DNA of 64,000 bases from an uncultured Chloroflexia bacterium (lineage in GTDB: Bacteria; Chloroflexota; Limnocylindria; Limnocylindrales; CSP1-4), in assembly GCA_963748625.1 (NCBI GenBank), contig CAVVJT010000010.1, positions 1,341,631 through 1,405,630 on the forward strand, written 5' to 3'. The notes beneath the pieces were generated by a model. The model ran no database searches. It saw only the letters and a list, made by a program, of their open reading frames with translations, and was not told where the DNA came from. Positions 1 to 10,825 of this stretch are shown one piece after another. The translations under genes and the position numbers were made by a program. Numbering within the stretch: position 1 is the first letter of the stretch; each line of letters opens with the position of its first letter.

Positions 1-702
1 GCAGCACCGCGGATCCTCATCGTCGATGACGACCCGAACCTGCTCGTCCTCCTGGCCGAGCAGCTGCGAGCGGATGGCTTCGAGGTGCAGACCGCGCGCG
101 ACGGCGACGAGGCCCTCCGGCGACTTGGCCAGGCATGGCCGGACCTGCTGATCATCGACATGCTCATGCCCCGCATGGACGGGCTCACGCTGGCACGCGA
201 GGTCAAGGCCCGGGCAGACCTGCCGATCATCGTCCTCTCGGCCATCGACACCGCGGACTCGAAGGCGGAGATCCTCGAGGAGGTCGCCGAGGACTACGTC
301 ACCAAGCCCTATCACTACGGTGAGCTGCGGGCGCGGATCCAGCGCGTCCTGCGCCGCCTCGGTGACCGGGTGCCGCGCCAGCGCCTGGAGCTGGGGCCGG
401 ACCTTGCCCTTGAGCTCCACCGGCGCGAGGCGGACGTTGCAGGGCAGACCGTGACGCTCACCCCCACCGAGTCCCGCCTCCTCTACGCGCTGGCGGCCAA
501 CCTCGGCCAGACGGTGACCACCGAGACCCTCCTTGCCCGCGGCTGGGCCGACACAGAGGACGCCGATCCCTCCTACGTCTGGGTCACGATGCGCCGCCTC
601 CGACAGAAGGTGGAGGTGGACCCCAACAAGCCCGTCCACCTGCTCACCGTGCGCGGCATCGGCTACCGGCTCGTCAGCGCCGGCGCCACCCCTCAATCGT
701 GA
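1..702 (+). CDS. OmpR/PhoB-family response regulator (5' end outside window)
   Basis: Frame 1 is open from base 1: RILIVDDD...DMLMP (phospho-Asp)...KPY, then winged-helix C-terminus LRQKVE...TVRGIGY. Confidence 0.95.
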   Translation, partial: AAPRILIVDDDPNLLVLLAEQLRADGFEVQTARDGDEALRRLGQAWPDLLIIDMLMPRMDGLTLAREVKARADLPIIVLSAIDTADSKAEILEEVAEDYVTKPYHYGELRARIQRVLRRLGDRVPRQRLELGPDLALELHRREADVAGQTVTLTPTESRLLYALAANLGQTVTTETLLARGWADTEDADPSYVWVTMRRLRQKVEVDPNKPVHLLTVRGIGYRLVSAGATPQS

Positions 703-712
703 CCCCAGCCGC

Positions 713-2155
713 ATGACCGACCCCGCCCGGACCGACCCGCTCGAGCCCGCCGTCTACCGGGCGAAGGGCCTCGGCTTCCGAACACGCCTGACGCTCTGGC
801 TGGTCGCGGCGGCGGTGGTCCCGGTCGCCGTCTTCGGTGCGGTCGTCATGATCCTGGTGGCCGGCTCCCAAGGCTCCGACGGCACCGTGGGCCGCGTCCT
901 GCTCCTGGTCGTCACCCTTGCCGTCGTCTTCGCGATCCTGCTGGCCGCCGTGCTCGCCGCGGACCTCGGGGCGCCGCTGCGCCAGATCGCGAGCTCCGTG
1001 GAGCGCGTGTCCGCGGGCGATCTCGCCACGCGCCTGGAGCTACCCGGCGACGACGAGTTCAGCCGCCTCGCCGAGAGCCACAACCGGCTCGCCGCAGACC
1101 TGCAACGCCGGAACCGCGAGCTCCGCCGGCTCCTCGACGCGCTGGGCCGCATGACGCTCGAGGACCGACCCGACACGATCGCGGCGAAGGCGGCGACGGC
1201 GGCACGTGACGCCTTCGACATGCTCGACTGCGAGGTCCTGCTGGTGGACCCGCGCGAGATCCCCATCGAGGAAGCCGTCCCCGGCGAGCCGATCCCCGTC
1301 CGGTCGCTGATGATCGCCGCAGGGTCCACCACGGGCGTCGTGACCGGCCGCCTCGCGGCCACCCGACGCTGGGATCGCGCAGACCAGGATCTCCTCGACC
1401 TGTTCGCCATCGAGATCGGGGGCGCCATCCGCAACGCCCAGCTGTACGCGCGGGTCGAGGACCAGAACAGCCGCCTGGTCGACCTCGACCGCGCCAAGGA
1501 CGACTTCCTGCGCGGGGTGTCCCACAACCTGCAGACCCCGCTCGCGAGCATCCGCGGGTACGCAGGCCAACTGGACGCGGAGCGGCCCGACCACCGCCTC
1601 GAGATCATCACCGAGCAGACCGACCGGCTGAGCCGCATGGTCCGCCAGCTCCTGACCGTGTCCCGCATCGAATCGGGTGCCCTCCGCTCCCGCCAGGAGG
1701 TCTTCGCCCTTGCGCCGCGGGTGCGCCGCACCTGGGAGGCGCTGGGGGTTGCCGACGTCCCGTTCACCCTCGAGGACGGGGCCCGGGGCTGGCTCGCCGT
1801 GGGCGACCCGGACCAGCTCGAACAGGTGCTGTGGGCCCTGCTCGACAACGCGGTGGTGTACGGCGGCCGCACGGCGGTGGACGCGGCGGTCACGATCGAC
1901 GAGACGGCCTCGGTCCTGCGGATCGACATCGCGGACCATGGCCCGGGCGTCATGGACGAGGATCGCGACCGCCTGTTCGGGCGCTTCGAGCGCGGCTCCG
2001 AGCGCCCGAGCGGCGAGGGCTCGGGGCTCGGGCTCTACGTCTCCCGGGAGCTCTGCCGCACGATGGGCGGCGACCTAGAGATCGCCCCGGCGGTGCCCGG
2101 CTGGGGAGCGGTCTTCACGATCACGCTCCCCGCGGAGGTTCCGGAGGAGTCCTGA
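713..2155 (+). CDS. Sensor histidine kinase (2 TM, HAMP, GAF-like, HisKA, HATPase)
   Basis: ATG 713; H-box SHNLQTPL, N-box LLDNA, G-boxes DHGPG and GSGLGL; directly follows the response regulator. Confidence 0.95.
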   Translation: MTDPARTDPLEPAVYRAKGLGFRTRLTLWLVAAAVVPVAVFGAVVMILVAGSQGSDGTVGRVLLLVVTLAVVFAILLAAVLAADLGAPLRQIASSVERVSAGDLATRLELPGDDEFSRLAESHNRLAADLQRRNRELRRLLDALGRMTLEDRPDTIAAKAATAARDAFDMLDCEVLLVDPREIPIEEAVPGEPIPVRSLMIAAGSTTGVVTGRLAATRRWDRADQDLLDLFAIEIGGAIRNAQLYARVEDQNSRLVDLDRAKDDFLRGVSHNLQTPLASIRGYAGQLDAERPDHRLEIITEQTDRLSRMVRQLLTVSRIESGALRSRQEVFALAPRVRRTWEALGVADVPFTLEDGARGWLAVGDPDQLEQVLWALLDNAVVYGGRTAVDAAVTIDETASVLRIDIADHGPGVMDEDRDRLFGRFERGSERPSGEGSGLGLYVSRELCRTMGGDLEIAPAVPGWGAVFTITLPAEVPEES

Positions 2156-2200
2156 GGCGCGCGCAGCGCCCGATGCCCGGATCCGGACCGGGAGCCGTGT

Positions 2201-2236
2201 CTGTTAGGTGTGCTGCAAGGTGCTCGGACGATAGTT
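2201..2236 (+). promoter_or_regulatory. Tandem direct-repeat site (12-bp period) upstream of Tad cassette 1
   Basis: CTGTTAGG (2201), CTGCAAGG (2213), then CGATAGTT (2229); same spacing as upstream of cassette 2. Confidence 0.65.
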
Positions 2237-2301
2237 GCCCTCGCCACGGCCGGGGGGTCGACCCATGTCAGGGGCACCTTGTGCACAGTGGCGCACCGTT
2301 G

Positions 2302-3762
2302 ATGAGACCGCCTTCCCGGTCCACAGCATCTCCCCGCCGCCGCTTTCGCGGCCAGTCGCTGGTGGAGTTCGCGCTGGTCCTCCCGGTCATGCTCCTCATC
2401 CTGGTGATCGCGGCCGACTTTGGGCGACTCTTCTTCTCCTACGTCCAGGTGATGAACGCTGCGCGTGAAGGCGCCAGCTACGCGAGCCTGCACGCGGCCG
2501 ACAGCCCGTTTGACGGCACTGCGTACAGCAATGGCGTGACCGCCGCCGCGACCGGTGAGGCCAACGTACAGGGGCAGAGTGGCGAGGGTGGTCTGAACGT
2601 CGACCCGCCCGTCTGCTTCGACCCGCTGACGTTCGATCCGCTGACGCAAACACCGACGATCGACTGCAACGTTGCGTCCGACTTCGCCGGCAGGATCGGC
2701 AACCACGTGCGGGTGACGGTCCGGGAGGACTTCACCTTCCTGACACCGATCATCTCCGGGCTTGTCGGCGTTCTGCCGCTGACGGCGTCGGCCACGGCGC
2801 CGGTCCACAACCCGCCGGTTGCTCCACCGACTCCTGAGCCCACCCCAGTGCCGGGCAGTCTCGTCGTAAGGAAGGTTCTGGCCGGCGATCTCACTGACTT
2901 CAATGGCGGCGAGTTCACGTTCGAGGTCACGTGCAACGGCGTGGACCTCGGCGAGGTGACGATTGACCTTGCCAGCGGAGCGGAGTCATCAGATCCGGTC
3001 ACCGGCATCACGCCCGGATCCATCTGCACCGTGACCGAGATCGACCAGCCCAACGCGGGTCCGCACGCGTCCTGGGACAGCCCGGGACCCGAACAGGCGA
3101 CAATCACCTCGGACTCTCAGGAACAGGTCACGATCACGAATACCCGCACGTACTCGGCGCCGGTAGATGGCAGCCTTGTCGTGACGAAGGTCCTCGACGG
3201 CGACTACACGGACTTCGCGGGCGGCGACTTCACATTCGATGTGTCCTGCGATGGCACGAACTACGGGCCGGTGAGGATCCCCCTCTCCAGCGGCACCGGG
3301 TCGACAGATCCGATCACCGGCATCCCGGCTGACGCCAACTGCACGGTGACCGAGACCACCAGGCCCGAGGCAGGTCCCAATGCGTCCTGGGTGGGCAGCA
3401 TGGGCACAACCACGGTCACCATCGAGAAGAACAAGCAGGCGGACGCCGTCATCACGAATACGCGGACCTACACCGCCCCGTGTGAAAGCCCACTGGTCAC
3501 AATCACGCCGGCGACGACAAGCGACACGTCGAAGAAGATCACCGTGATCTTCACGGGAACCGCCGCGGGAAGTCCGAGCTCATGGACATGGGACTTTGGC
3601 GATGGGATCTCAGCGACGGGAGTCACCGTCACGCACGATTTCCTTTACACCAAAGGCAACAAGGGCAGCGGGGCGCAGGAGTGGAAGGTTACCCTCACGA
3701 CGGCCGGGGGAGCGTGCGGAACGACCAGCGCGCAGGCGACCGTCACGTTGGACTACAGATGA
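2302..3762 (+). CDS. TadE-like pseudopilin with two DUF5979-like repeats and a C-terminal PKD domain (cassette 1, gene A)
   Basis: RG|[11 protein letters not shown] prepilin motif; duplicated GSLVVxKVL..GDxTDFxGGxFTFxVxC..C.VTE units; SWTWDFGDG PKD motif. Confidence 0.85.
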   Translation: MRPPSRSTASPRRRFRGQSLVEFALVLPVMLLILVIAADFGRLFFSYVQVMNAAREGASYASLHAADSPFDGTAYSNGVTAAATGEANVQGQSGEGGLNVDPPVCFDPLTFDPLTQTPTIDCNVASDFAGRIGNHVRVTVREDFTFLTPIISGLVGVLPLTASATAPVHNPPVAPPTPEPTPVPGSLVVRKVLAGDLTDFNGGEFTFEVTCNGVDLGEVTIDLASGAESSDPVTGITPGSICTVTEIDQPNAGPHASWDSPGPEQATITSDSQEQVTITNTRTYSAPVDGSLVVTKVLDGDYTDFAGGDFTFDVSCDGTNYGPVRIPLSSGTGSTDPITGIPADANCTVTETTRPEAGPNASWVGSMGTTTVTIEKNKQADAVITNTRTYTAPCESPLVTITPATTSDTSKKITVIFTGTAAGSPSSWTWDFGDGISATGVTVTHDFLYTKGNKGSGAQEWKVTLTTAGGACGTTSAQATVTLDYR

Positions 3763-4298
3763 GCCTCGGACACGGCGATCGCGGCCAAGCCCTCGTCGAG
3801 TTTGCGCTCGTGTTCCCGTTCTTCATGCTGCTTCTCTTCGGCGTGATCGAGCTGGGACGATCCGTCTACACCGATACCGCGCTCTCCCAAGCGGCCCGTG
3901 AGGGCGCCCGATTGGCGGCGGTGGAGGCGCGCTGGATCGGAGACACCGGCTTGTCATGCGTTGCGGCGCCCAGCGACATCACGGCGGCCAATCCGGGCGC
4001 ACATGTGTGTCCGGCCAATCCTGCCGCCTTCAAGTCACACATCGTCGATGCCGTCAATCGCATGGTCGTCGGCCTGGGCGAGGTGTCGACTGTCTACGTG
4101 GCATGCACCGCGCAAGACGATCCTGAGCCGAGCGGCGAGTGGGACGGTTCGGTCCCATTCGCCGACTGCGGGGGCCTGGGAACTCCCAACCGGTCAGGGG
4201 ACCTTGTTTCTGTGCGAATCGTCTTCGAGTACAGCCCGATCCTCCCGCTCATCGGGCCCTCATCGAGATCCACGTCAGCCACCATGGCGATCAACTAG
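3759..4298 (+). CDS. TadE/TadF-like pseudopilin (cassette 1, gene B)
   Basis: ATGA overlap with gene A; RG|QALVEFALVFP...AAREGARLA. Confidence 0.9.
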   Translation: MSLGHGDRGQALVEFALVFPFFMLLLFGVIELGRSVYTDTALSQAAREGARLAAVEARWIGDTGLSCVAAPSDITAANPGAHVCPANPAAFKSHIVDAVNRMVVGLGEVSTVYVACTAQDDPEPSGEWDGSVPFADCGGLGTPNRSGDLVSVRIVFEYSPILPLIGPSSRSTSATMAIN

Positions 4299-4307
4299 GA
4301 GCACGCG

Positions 4308-5330
4308 ATGACCCGGAGAACCGTCGGATCGCAAGGGGGCCAGACCCTCGTCCTGTTCGCTGGGTCGCTGGTCGTCCTGCTGCTCATCGTGGGGCTCGTA
4401 ATCGACGCCGGCTATGCCTTCGCCCAGCGCCGATCGGCACAGAACGCAGCCGACTTCGCGGCCACTGCCGGCGCCCGCATCGTCGGCGAGAAGTTCACTG
4501 GGAAGCCGGCGGGCGCAGGCACCGGGTCGAATGTCCAGAGCGCGATCCAGCACGCGCTCGCAGCGAATGGAGCTCAGCTGACCGCAGCCCAGTACATCGA
4601 CACCGCGGGCCGGCTAGCAGGAACTGTGGGTGGCGGCGAGATCCCTGCGAACGCTGCGGGGGTCACGGTCAGTGCGACGACCCAATGGCGGCCATTTGTG
4701 CTCGGGATCATCGGGGTGAGCAGCTGGTCGGCGGGCGCGCAGGCGACCGCGATGACCAAGGGGACGGCATCCGGTGGCGTGCTGCCGCTTGGTATTGAGC
4801 GGATCGCATTCAACGGTCTGCCGCCATGCGACCTAGCCGGAGGATGCGACCCGGACCGGCTTACCTCGGGGCGCCTCAATGGACCGGGCCAGTTCGGATG
4901 GCTCTCGTTCGGGGCAGGGTCGAAGTTCTGCGAGGGATACGGGCTCGGGCAGTTGGCCACTGACAACTGTGAAGTCAGCCAGGGTTACCTCGAGAACGAG
5001 ATCGGGCCGCCTGGTGACAGCCACGGGTGCTGCACCACGGTCGTCGGTGATCCCAATCCGCTGATCGGAGGTCTCACCGGCAACGAGTGGGGCGACCTCA
5101 GCTACTACATCGACAACAAGATCCCGGTCTGGGTGCCGATCTGGGATTGGTCGGCTGACAACGGCCGAAATGCCTACTACCACATCGTCGGCTTTGGCGC
5201 TGTCATCCTCACCGGCGAGGGGGACCAGCACGCCAAGTGGATCGAGGGCATGCGCGTATCGGACATTGGCGATGTCCCCAATGCGTTCGGTCTCACGGGC
5301 GTCACCGGAGAGGTCTATCTCGTCCGCTGA
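4308..5330 (+). CDS. TadG-like pilus assembly/tip protein (cassette 1, gene C)
   Basis: AGGAG RBS; GG|QTLVLFA...VIDAG...AQNAADFAATAGA Tad N-terminal motif; Cys-rich C-terminal domain. Confidence 0.9.
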   Translation: MTRRTVGSQGGQTLVLFAGSLVVLLLIVGLVIDAGYAFAQRRSAQNAADFAATAGARIVGEKFTGKPAGAGTGSNVQSAIQHALAANGAQLTAAQYIDTAGRLAGTVGGGEIPANAAGVTVSATTQWRPFVLGIIGVSSWSAGAQATAMTKGTASGGVLPLGIERIAFNGLPPCDLAGGCDPDRLTSGRLNGPGQFGWLSFGAGSKFCEGYGLGQLATDNCEVSQGYLENEIGPPGDSHGCCTTVVGDPNPLIGGLTGNEWGDLSYYIDNKIPVWVPIWDWSADNGRNAYYHIVGFGAVILTGEGDQHAKWIEGMRVSDIGDVPNAFGLTGVTGEVYLVR

Positions 5331-5472
5331 GGCGTACGTCCTCGCCGATGCAGCGGGACGAGATAGGGCATCCGACAGGACCACGCGCGAGGCCGAAACG
5401 GTGCGCAGACACACCGGGTACGTCGTTTGTAGCACTTTGGGCTCATGCCTTTGCAGGACCCCGGGAGTCTGC

Positions 5473-5508
5473 CGGCAAGGTGGGCTGTAAGGTCGTGGCC
5501 CGATAGTT
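5473..5508 (+). promoter_or_regulatory. Tandem direct-repeat site upstream of Tad cassette 2
   Basis: CGGCAAGG (5473), CTGTAAGG (5485), then CGATAGTT (5501). Confidence 0.65.
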
Positions 5509-5554
5509 CGACCCGGTCGCCACCACGGGGGTCGGCGAATCCGGGGGCCTTGCA

Positions 5555-6673
5555 TTGAACAGCGTCTACTCGCACCGTCTCGCACGGGCACTTCGCGCCT
5601 TGTCAGCGCGCCGCATTCGCGGCCAGTCGCTCGTCGAGTTCGCGCTCCTCCTGCCGATCCTGCTCCTGCGTGGTCTGGCGCGATCGACCTCGGCCGTGTC
5701 TACCTGGGCACGATCAATGTCCAGAACGCCGCCAAGGAGGGGCCTTCTTCGGCAGCCGGCGACCCACCTGCGACGTCGAGTGGCGGCCAAGGCTGTGACG
5801 ATCCCCAGAACGTCGCGGCGCGCGTCAGCACCGAGCTCGACGGAATCACAGCAGACACCATCACGGCGCGCTGCTACCCCGCCGGCACAACCAACTTCGC
5901 CTCGGGCTGGCGCAACGACCTCGCCGACTGCGTTGATGGAGACCTGTACCGCGTCACCGTCACCACGACCTTCCGTTGGCGACCCCGTTCATCGGCGAGA
6001 TCATCGGCAGCACGTCCCGCTGTCAACGCCAACGCCACGTCGGTGGTCATCACCAACTTCATGGGTTCGGGGATCCGGTCGACCTCGACCCGATCCGACG
6101 AACCAGCCGACGCTGGCTCCCGGTGAGTGCGAGGTGCCGAACTTCACCAACGGCACCAAGATCTCCGGGGCCCAGAACGTGTGGCAGAACGTCGCGGGCT
6201 TCGGGACCACGGCGAACACGATTGGTCTCGAACGGTCACGCCATCGTCTGGCAGAGCCTGCCGGCGGGCACCCGTGGCCCGTGTGCATCCACCCTGATCA
6301 CGGTGGCGGACGCGCCCCAGGCGACGCCGACGCCGTCACCGACGCCGACGCCCACACCTGACGCCGACGCCGACGCCCGAGCCGACGCCGACGCCGGAGA
6401 TCACGCCCACGCCCACGCCGTCTCCGTCACCCACGCCGTCTCCATCACCCACACCACCGATGTGCACGGTGCCCCAGACTGGCGTTCCCCGACAAGAAGG
6501 ACCAAGCTCACCGTCACGCAAGCCGAGTCCCTGTGGCGCGGAGCCGGGTTCCGGCAGGAGAACTTCACGGCCGTGCGACCGCCCATGCAACGACTACGCG
6601 GTCGGGAGCCAGTCGTCGCAGCAAGGGTGCGAGCCGGCCGTGCCTGACGACCACGGTTCGGGTAGGTCCGTGA
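5555..6673 (+). CDS. TadE-like pseudopilin with Pro/Thr linker and PASTA-like domains, multiply frameshifted (cassette 2, gene A)
   Basis: RG|[11 protein letters not shown]; CEVPNF, WQSLPAG and CTVP PASTA-like segments lie in alternating frames; TGATG coupling at 6671-6675. Confidence 0.7.
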
Positions 6674-7120
6674 TGGGCATCGAACCTGTTCGATCAGGCG
6701 GCGCCGGCACGGCCAGGGTCAGGCGCTGGTCGAATTCAGCCTTGTGATCATCGTGTTTCTCACGCTGGTGTTCGGCGCTGATCGACCTCGGGCGAGTGGT
6801 CTATGCGAACAACGCCCTCGCCCAGGCCGTGCGCGAGGGCGCCCGCTACGGCTCGGTGCAGGCACGGTCGGCGAACAACATCGCCGGGATTGAGGACTAC
6901 ACCGTGGGCAGTGTCGCCGGTATCGGAGGCGTCACCGCCACGGCCACCTGCATCCGGCCCGGCGACATCGTCATGGAGTGCAGTCCCAATGACACCCTCG
7001 AGGTGGAGGCCCGGGTGGACGTGGAGATGATCACGCCGATCATCGCCCAGCTCATGGGCGCCGCCGGCCTCAACCCGTTCGAGCTCGTGGCCACCGCGCC
7101 ACGTGCTGGTCCAGAACTGA
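6673..7120 (+). CDS. TadE-like pseudopilin, frameshifted (cassette 2, gene B)
   Basis: GQG|QALVEFSL...IDLGRVVYANNALAQAVREGARYG; TGATG coupling at 7118-7122. Confidence 0.75.
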
Positions 7121-8178
7121 TGACCACGATGCAGGAAGCAGGTGCTGCCATGTCCCACCGCACCAGAGCGTCCACGCCGCCAGCGCGAGCGGGGCCAGGT
7201 CCTCCCGATGTTCGCGGGCGGCCTCATCGCGCTTCTCGTGATGGCTGGCCTCGTCATCGACACCGGCATCGCGTTCAAGGAGCGGCGCCAGGCGCAGAAC
7301 ACCGCCGATCTCGCAGCCATGGCGGGCACGCGTGCCGTGGCGATGAAGTACCTCGACCCCGGGACAGTGGTCACCGGGGCCACCGTCTACAACGCAATCG
7401 ATGCGGCGGTGAAGTCCAACGGCTGCTCCGATCCGTGCACCTGGACCGCGGAGTACGTGCGTCCGATCGGCAACCCGTCTGCCGGCACATGGGAGTCTCT
7501 CGGCGACGTCACGAGCGGCGGGGATGTCCCCGGTGCAGCGCAAGGCGTGTCCGTAGGCAGCGAGCGTCGCCCGTCCACGTTCTTCCTGCGCGTGATCGGG
7601 CGGGACGAGTGGGATGTGGGCGCGGTCGCCACGGGAATGACGTCCCAGCTGCCCAACACGCCGCCGCCCGGCATCCTGCTGCCGATCGGCATCTACGACG
7701 CCGATTACGAGACCGGCCGCGAGTACACGCTCACGGCGGGTGACGAAGGGCCCGGGAACTTCGGTTGGATCAGCTGGATCGACGGCGTGCAGGATGCGGT
7801 TCACCTCGCGGACTGGATCTGCAACCCGAACAACCCGGCCTTCACGTTCCCGGCCTGGTTCACCGGCACACCGGCGTCGTGAACTCCAATGACGTGCGCG
7901 ACTGCATCGAGGGGTATATCGACGCACAGACCGTCGTCTACGTCCCGATCTGGGAGCAGACGAACGGTCGACCGGGCAGCAACCTCCAGTACGAGATCAC
8001 CGGGGTCGCCGCCTTCGTGCTGACGGGTTACGACACCCACGCCGTCGAGGTCGCGGGCCGATTCGTGGAGTTCTACTCGTACCCGAGTGTGCCTGCCGGC
8101 TTCGGCGGTCCGCCCTGCAGCGCGACCGCGGACCCGGACTGCAACGAGCGCTTCAACTTCATCGGCCTGGTGCAGTAG
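7120..8178 (+). CDS. TadG-like protein, frameshifted (cassette 2, gene C)
   Basis: RERG|QVLPMFAGG...AQNTADLAAMAG; GPGNFGWISW; C-terminus continues in ORF 7765..8178. Confidence 0.8.
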
Positions 8179-8280
8179 TCGCCGTCCCCCAACACCTCTC
8201 CCGACGCCGGACGCGGTCTCCGCGCCCGGCGTCTGCATGTCCTGCGACGCCTCGGCGACCGCTGTAAGGCGTCTCTGACA

Positions 8281-8364
8281 TAGGAATATCTCCTCTCCGC
8301 TGCAAGGTCCACCGTAGGGTGGCCGCGGCAGCGTGCCCGCCATAGGCTGCGAGGACAGCCCACC
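8281..8364 (+). promoter_or_regulatory. Promoter region of Tad cassette 3: tandem direct repeat plus TAGGCT -10
   Basis: TAGGAATATC (8281), CTGCAAGG (8300), CCGTAGGG (8312), TAGGCT (8343); homologous to 10826-10911. Confidence 0.65.
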
Positions 8365-8397
8365 ACACGGGGCCGGCGAGAACCGGGGGCTCACGCG

Positions 8398-9302
8398 ATC
8401 GGCATCATCGAGCGCACGCCGCCTTCGCGTCCTCGCCGCCACGCTGGCCTGTCCAGCGAGGCCAGGCGCTGACCGAGCTCGTGCTGGTGGTGCCGGTGAT
8501 CGCCCTGCTGCTGCTCGGCGCGGTCGATCTCGGCCGGCTGTTCTATGCCCGCATCTCCATCATCGGCGCCGCCCGCGAGGGCGCGATGATGGCTGCCGAC
8601 TCCCCCGGCTCCTGGTCTGCCGGGGCTGCCTGCTCAGCGTCGAACAAGGTGATGTGCGCGACGCTGCGCGAGTCGGCGGGCTCGTGGGTGACCGTCGGCC
8701 CTGAGGACGTCAGCCTGACCTGCTCGCCCGAGTGCACCAGGACGTTCGGCAACACGGTCACGGTCACGGTGACCGGCCAGTTCCAGCTCCTGACACCGCT
8801 GATCGGCGCGTTCACGGGCGGACAGACGATGCACATCAGCGAGTCGTCGACGGCCCGCGTCGTTGTCACGCCGACCGTCGTCGGCGCGATACCCACTCCG
8901 ACGCCCTCGCCCAGCCCCAGCCCCAGCCCGACGCCGACGCCCAGCCCGACACCCACCGGTGTTGGCCCGACGCCCACGCCGTCACCCACGCCGTCGCCCA
9001 CCCCGTCGCCGACGCCGTCGCCGACGCCGACCTGCCCGCCGCCGCGCGTGGGCCTCACGACATCGCAGCAGAACAAGAACAAGCCGGTGGTGTTCACCAG
9101 CACCTCGACCCCCACGTCGGGGTCGTGCGCCATCAACTACTACCGCTGGGACTTCGGGGACAGCACGACCGCAGCCGGCGCCCTGCCGTCGACGAGCCAC
9201 TCGTACGCCGACCCCAAGGGCCGGACCTTCACCGTCACGCTCACGGTCACCACCCCGAGCGGGACGTTCTCCATCCAGCAGGCGGTCACCACGCAGTCAT
9301 GA
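8398..9302 (+). CDS. TadE-like pseudopilin with PT/PS linker and PKD domain (cassette 3, gene A; start uncertain)
   Basis: RG|[11 protein letters not shown] in frame upstream of 8481; AAREGA; YRWDFGD PKD motif. Confidence 0.8.
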
Positions 9303-9730
9303 GCCACCAACGCCGGCATGACCGCGGCACCGGGCGAGGGCAGGCCCTCACGGAGTTCGCCCTCGCGATCCCGGTCTTCCTCCTCCTCCTGGTCGGGGTG
9401 TTCGACCTCGGGCGGGCGGTGTACATGTACAACGGTGTCGCCGAGGCGGCGCGTGACATCGCCCGGATCACCGCAACCCACGTCGGCAACCCGGTCGGCA
9501 CCAGCAGCGCGACCGTGGCCCGCGTGGCCACGCAGCGCGGGCTGGTGCCCGGACTCGGCGACCCCGCCTTCTCCTGCGTGAGCCTGTACGGCACCGCGGT
9601 GGACGACGCCGACTGCACGTCGGGCGACTACGTCGTGGTGACCTCGACGGCCGCATTCGCCCCGGTCAGCGGGTTCGGCCTCCTCGGCTCGGTCACCCTC
9701 GCCTCCAGCAGCAGTGTCCAGGTCCCGTGA
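9299..9730 (+). CDS. TadE-like pseudopilin (cassette 3, gene B)
   Basis: ATGA overlap; RG|[11 protein letters not shown]...DLGRAVY. Confidence 0.88.
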   Translation: MSHQRRHDRGTGRGQALTEFALAIPVFLLLLVGVFDLGRAVYMYNGVAEAARDIARITATHVGNPVGTSSATVARVATQRGLVPGLGDPAFSCVSLYGTAVDDADCTSGDYVVVTSTAAFAPVSGFGLLGSVTLASSSSVQVP

Positions 9731-10755
9731 TGCAGGTGTCCGCCATGCCCACACGACGTCTCCAGCCCCGGCGCAGCGAGCGCGGCCAGATCCTCGTCCT
9801 GTTCGCCCTGTCGGTGACGGCGCTCATCGCGATGGCGGGACTCGTCCTCGACGGCGGCGGGACCTTCGCCCAGCGCCGCGACCAGCAGGCGGCCGCCGAC
9901 ATGGCGGCCATGGCCGGCGCCAACGCCTACATGAACGTCTCGGGCAACCCTGCGGGCAAGCAGGCCGCGGCCGTCGTGGCTGCCCAGGCCGCGAGCGGCG
10001 ACAACGGCTTCGCGCACAGCGGCACCACGACGGTCCGCGTCGTCGTGTCCCTGGTGTCGTCGGGCGCCACCGTGCAGGTCGACATCACCAGCCCGCACGA
10101 GAACGGGTTCGCCCGCGTCGTCGGGTTGACGAGCTGGCCGGTCACCGTGACCGCGACCGCGGTCGCCGGGACCATCGACACCGGCATTGGGGCTGCGCCG
10201 TGGATCATGCACATCGGTGCCTTCAACGCGAACGGGACGCCGAAGTACGCGACTCCGACCGCCTTCGGTGAGGGGAACGGCGACTATCCGATCAGCGGGA
10301 CCGACATCGCCTGGACCGACTTCAATGGCCAGAACAACGTCAACACCAGCGAGGTCGAGAGCATCATCGAGGGTTCGAACATCGTCACCTCGACCATCGA
10401 CTACGACCAGTACCTCGGCCAGCACAACCAGGGCAACCACACCGCCCTGTACTCGTCGGTGAACAGCCATCTCGCAGGCAAGGACGTTCCGGTGCCCGTC
10501 GTGGGCCCCGGCTCGCCGAACTGCGCCGCGCCGATGCAGACGTACCAGAACGGCTGCTTCAAGGGATGGGCGGTGTTCCACGTGGTCTCGGCGGCCGGTG
10601 GCAGCAGCAAGACCATCACCGGCTACTTCCTCTCGGAGTTCGTCTCGCTGCCCCTGACGGTGGGCGATTGCACGCCCGCCCAGCAGGCGGCAGGCAGCTG
10701 CGGGGTGATCTCGGCAAGTCCGTTCGGGGCCTACCTGGTGCGCCTCACCAACTGA
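9727..10755 (+). CDS. TadG-like protein (cassette 3, gene C)
   Basis: SERG|QILVLFAL...LVLDGG...QQAAADMAAMAGA. Confidence 0.9.
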   Translation: MMQVSAMPTRRLQPRRSERGQILVLFALSVTALIAMAGLVLDGGGTFAQRRDQQAAADMAAMAGANAYMNVSGNPAGKQAAAVVAAQAASGDNGFAHSGTTTVRVVVSLVSSGATVQVDITSPHENGFARVVGLTSWPVTVTATAVAGTIDTGIGAAPWIMHIGAFNANGTPKYATPTAFGEGNGDYPISGTDIAWTDFNGQNNVNTSEVESIIEGSNIVTSTIDYDQYLGQHNQGNHTALYSSVNSHLAGKDVPVPVVGPGSPNCAAPMQTYQNGCFKGWAVFHVVSAAGGSSKTITGYFLSEFVSLPLTVGDCTPAQQAAGSCGVISASPFGAYLVRLTN

Positions 10756-10825
10756 GGGTGACCCCGACCCTGCTGATCACATAGGCCCCCGGCACCGCCG
10801 CGGGCCGACGGATGTCCGCGCCCGC

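Noticed and set aside
8890-9035. Repetitive CCGACGCC tracts (also near 6320-6460, 11480-11650 and 49380-49700) as a CRISPR or tandem-repeat array
   Set aside because: They encode Pro/Thr/Ser/Lys linkers in frame and show no repeat-spacer structure
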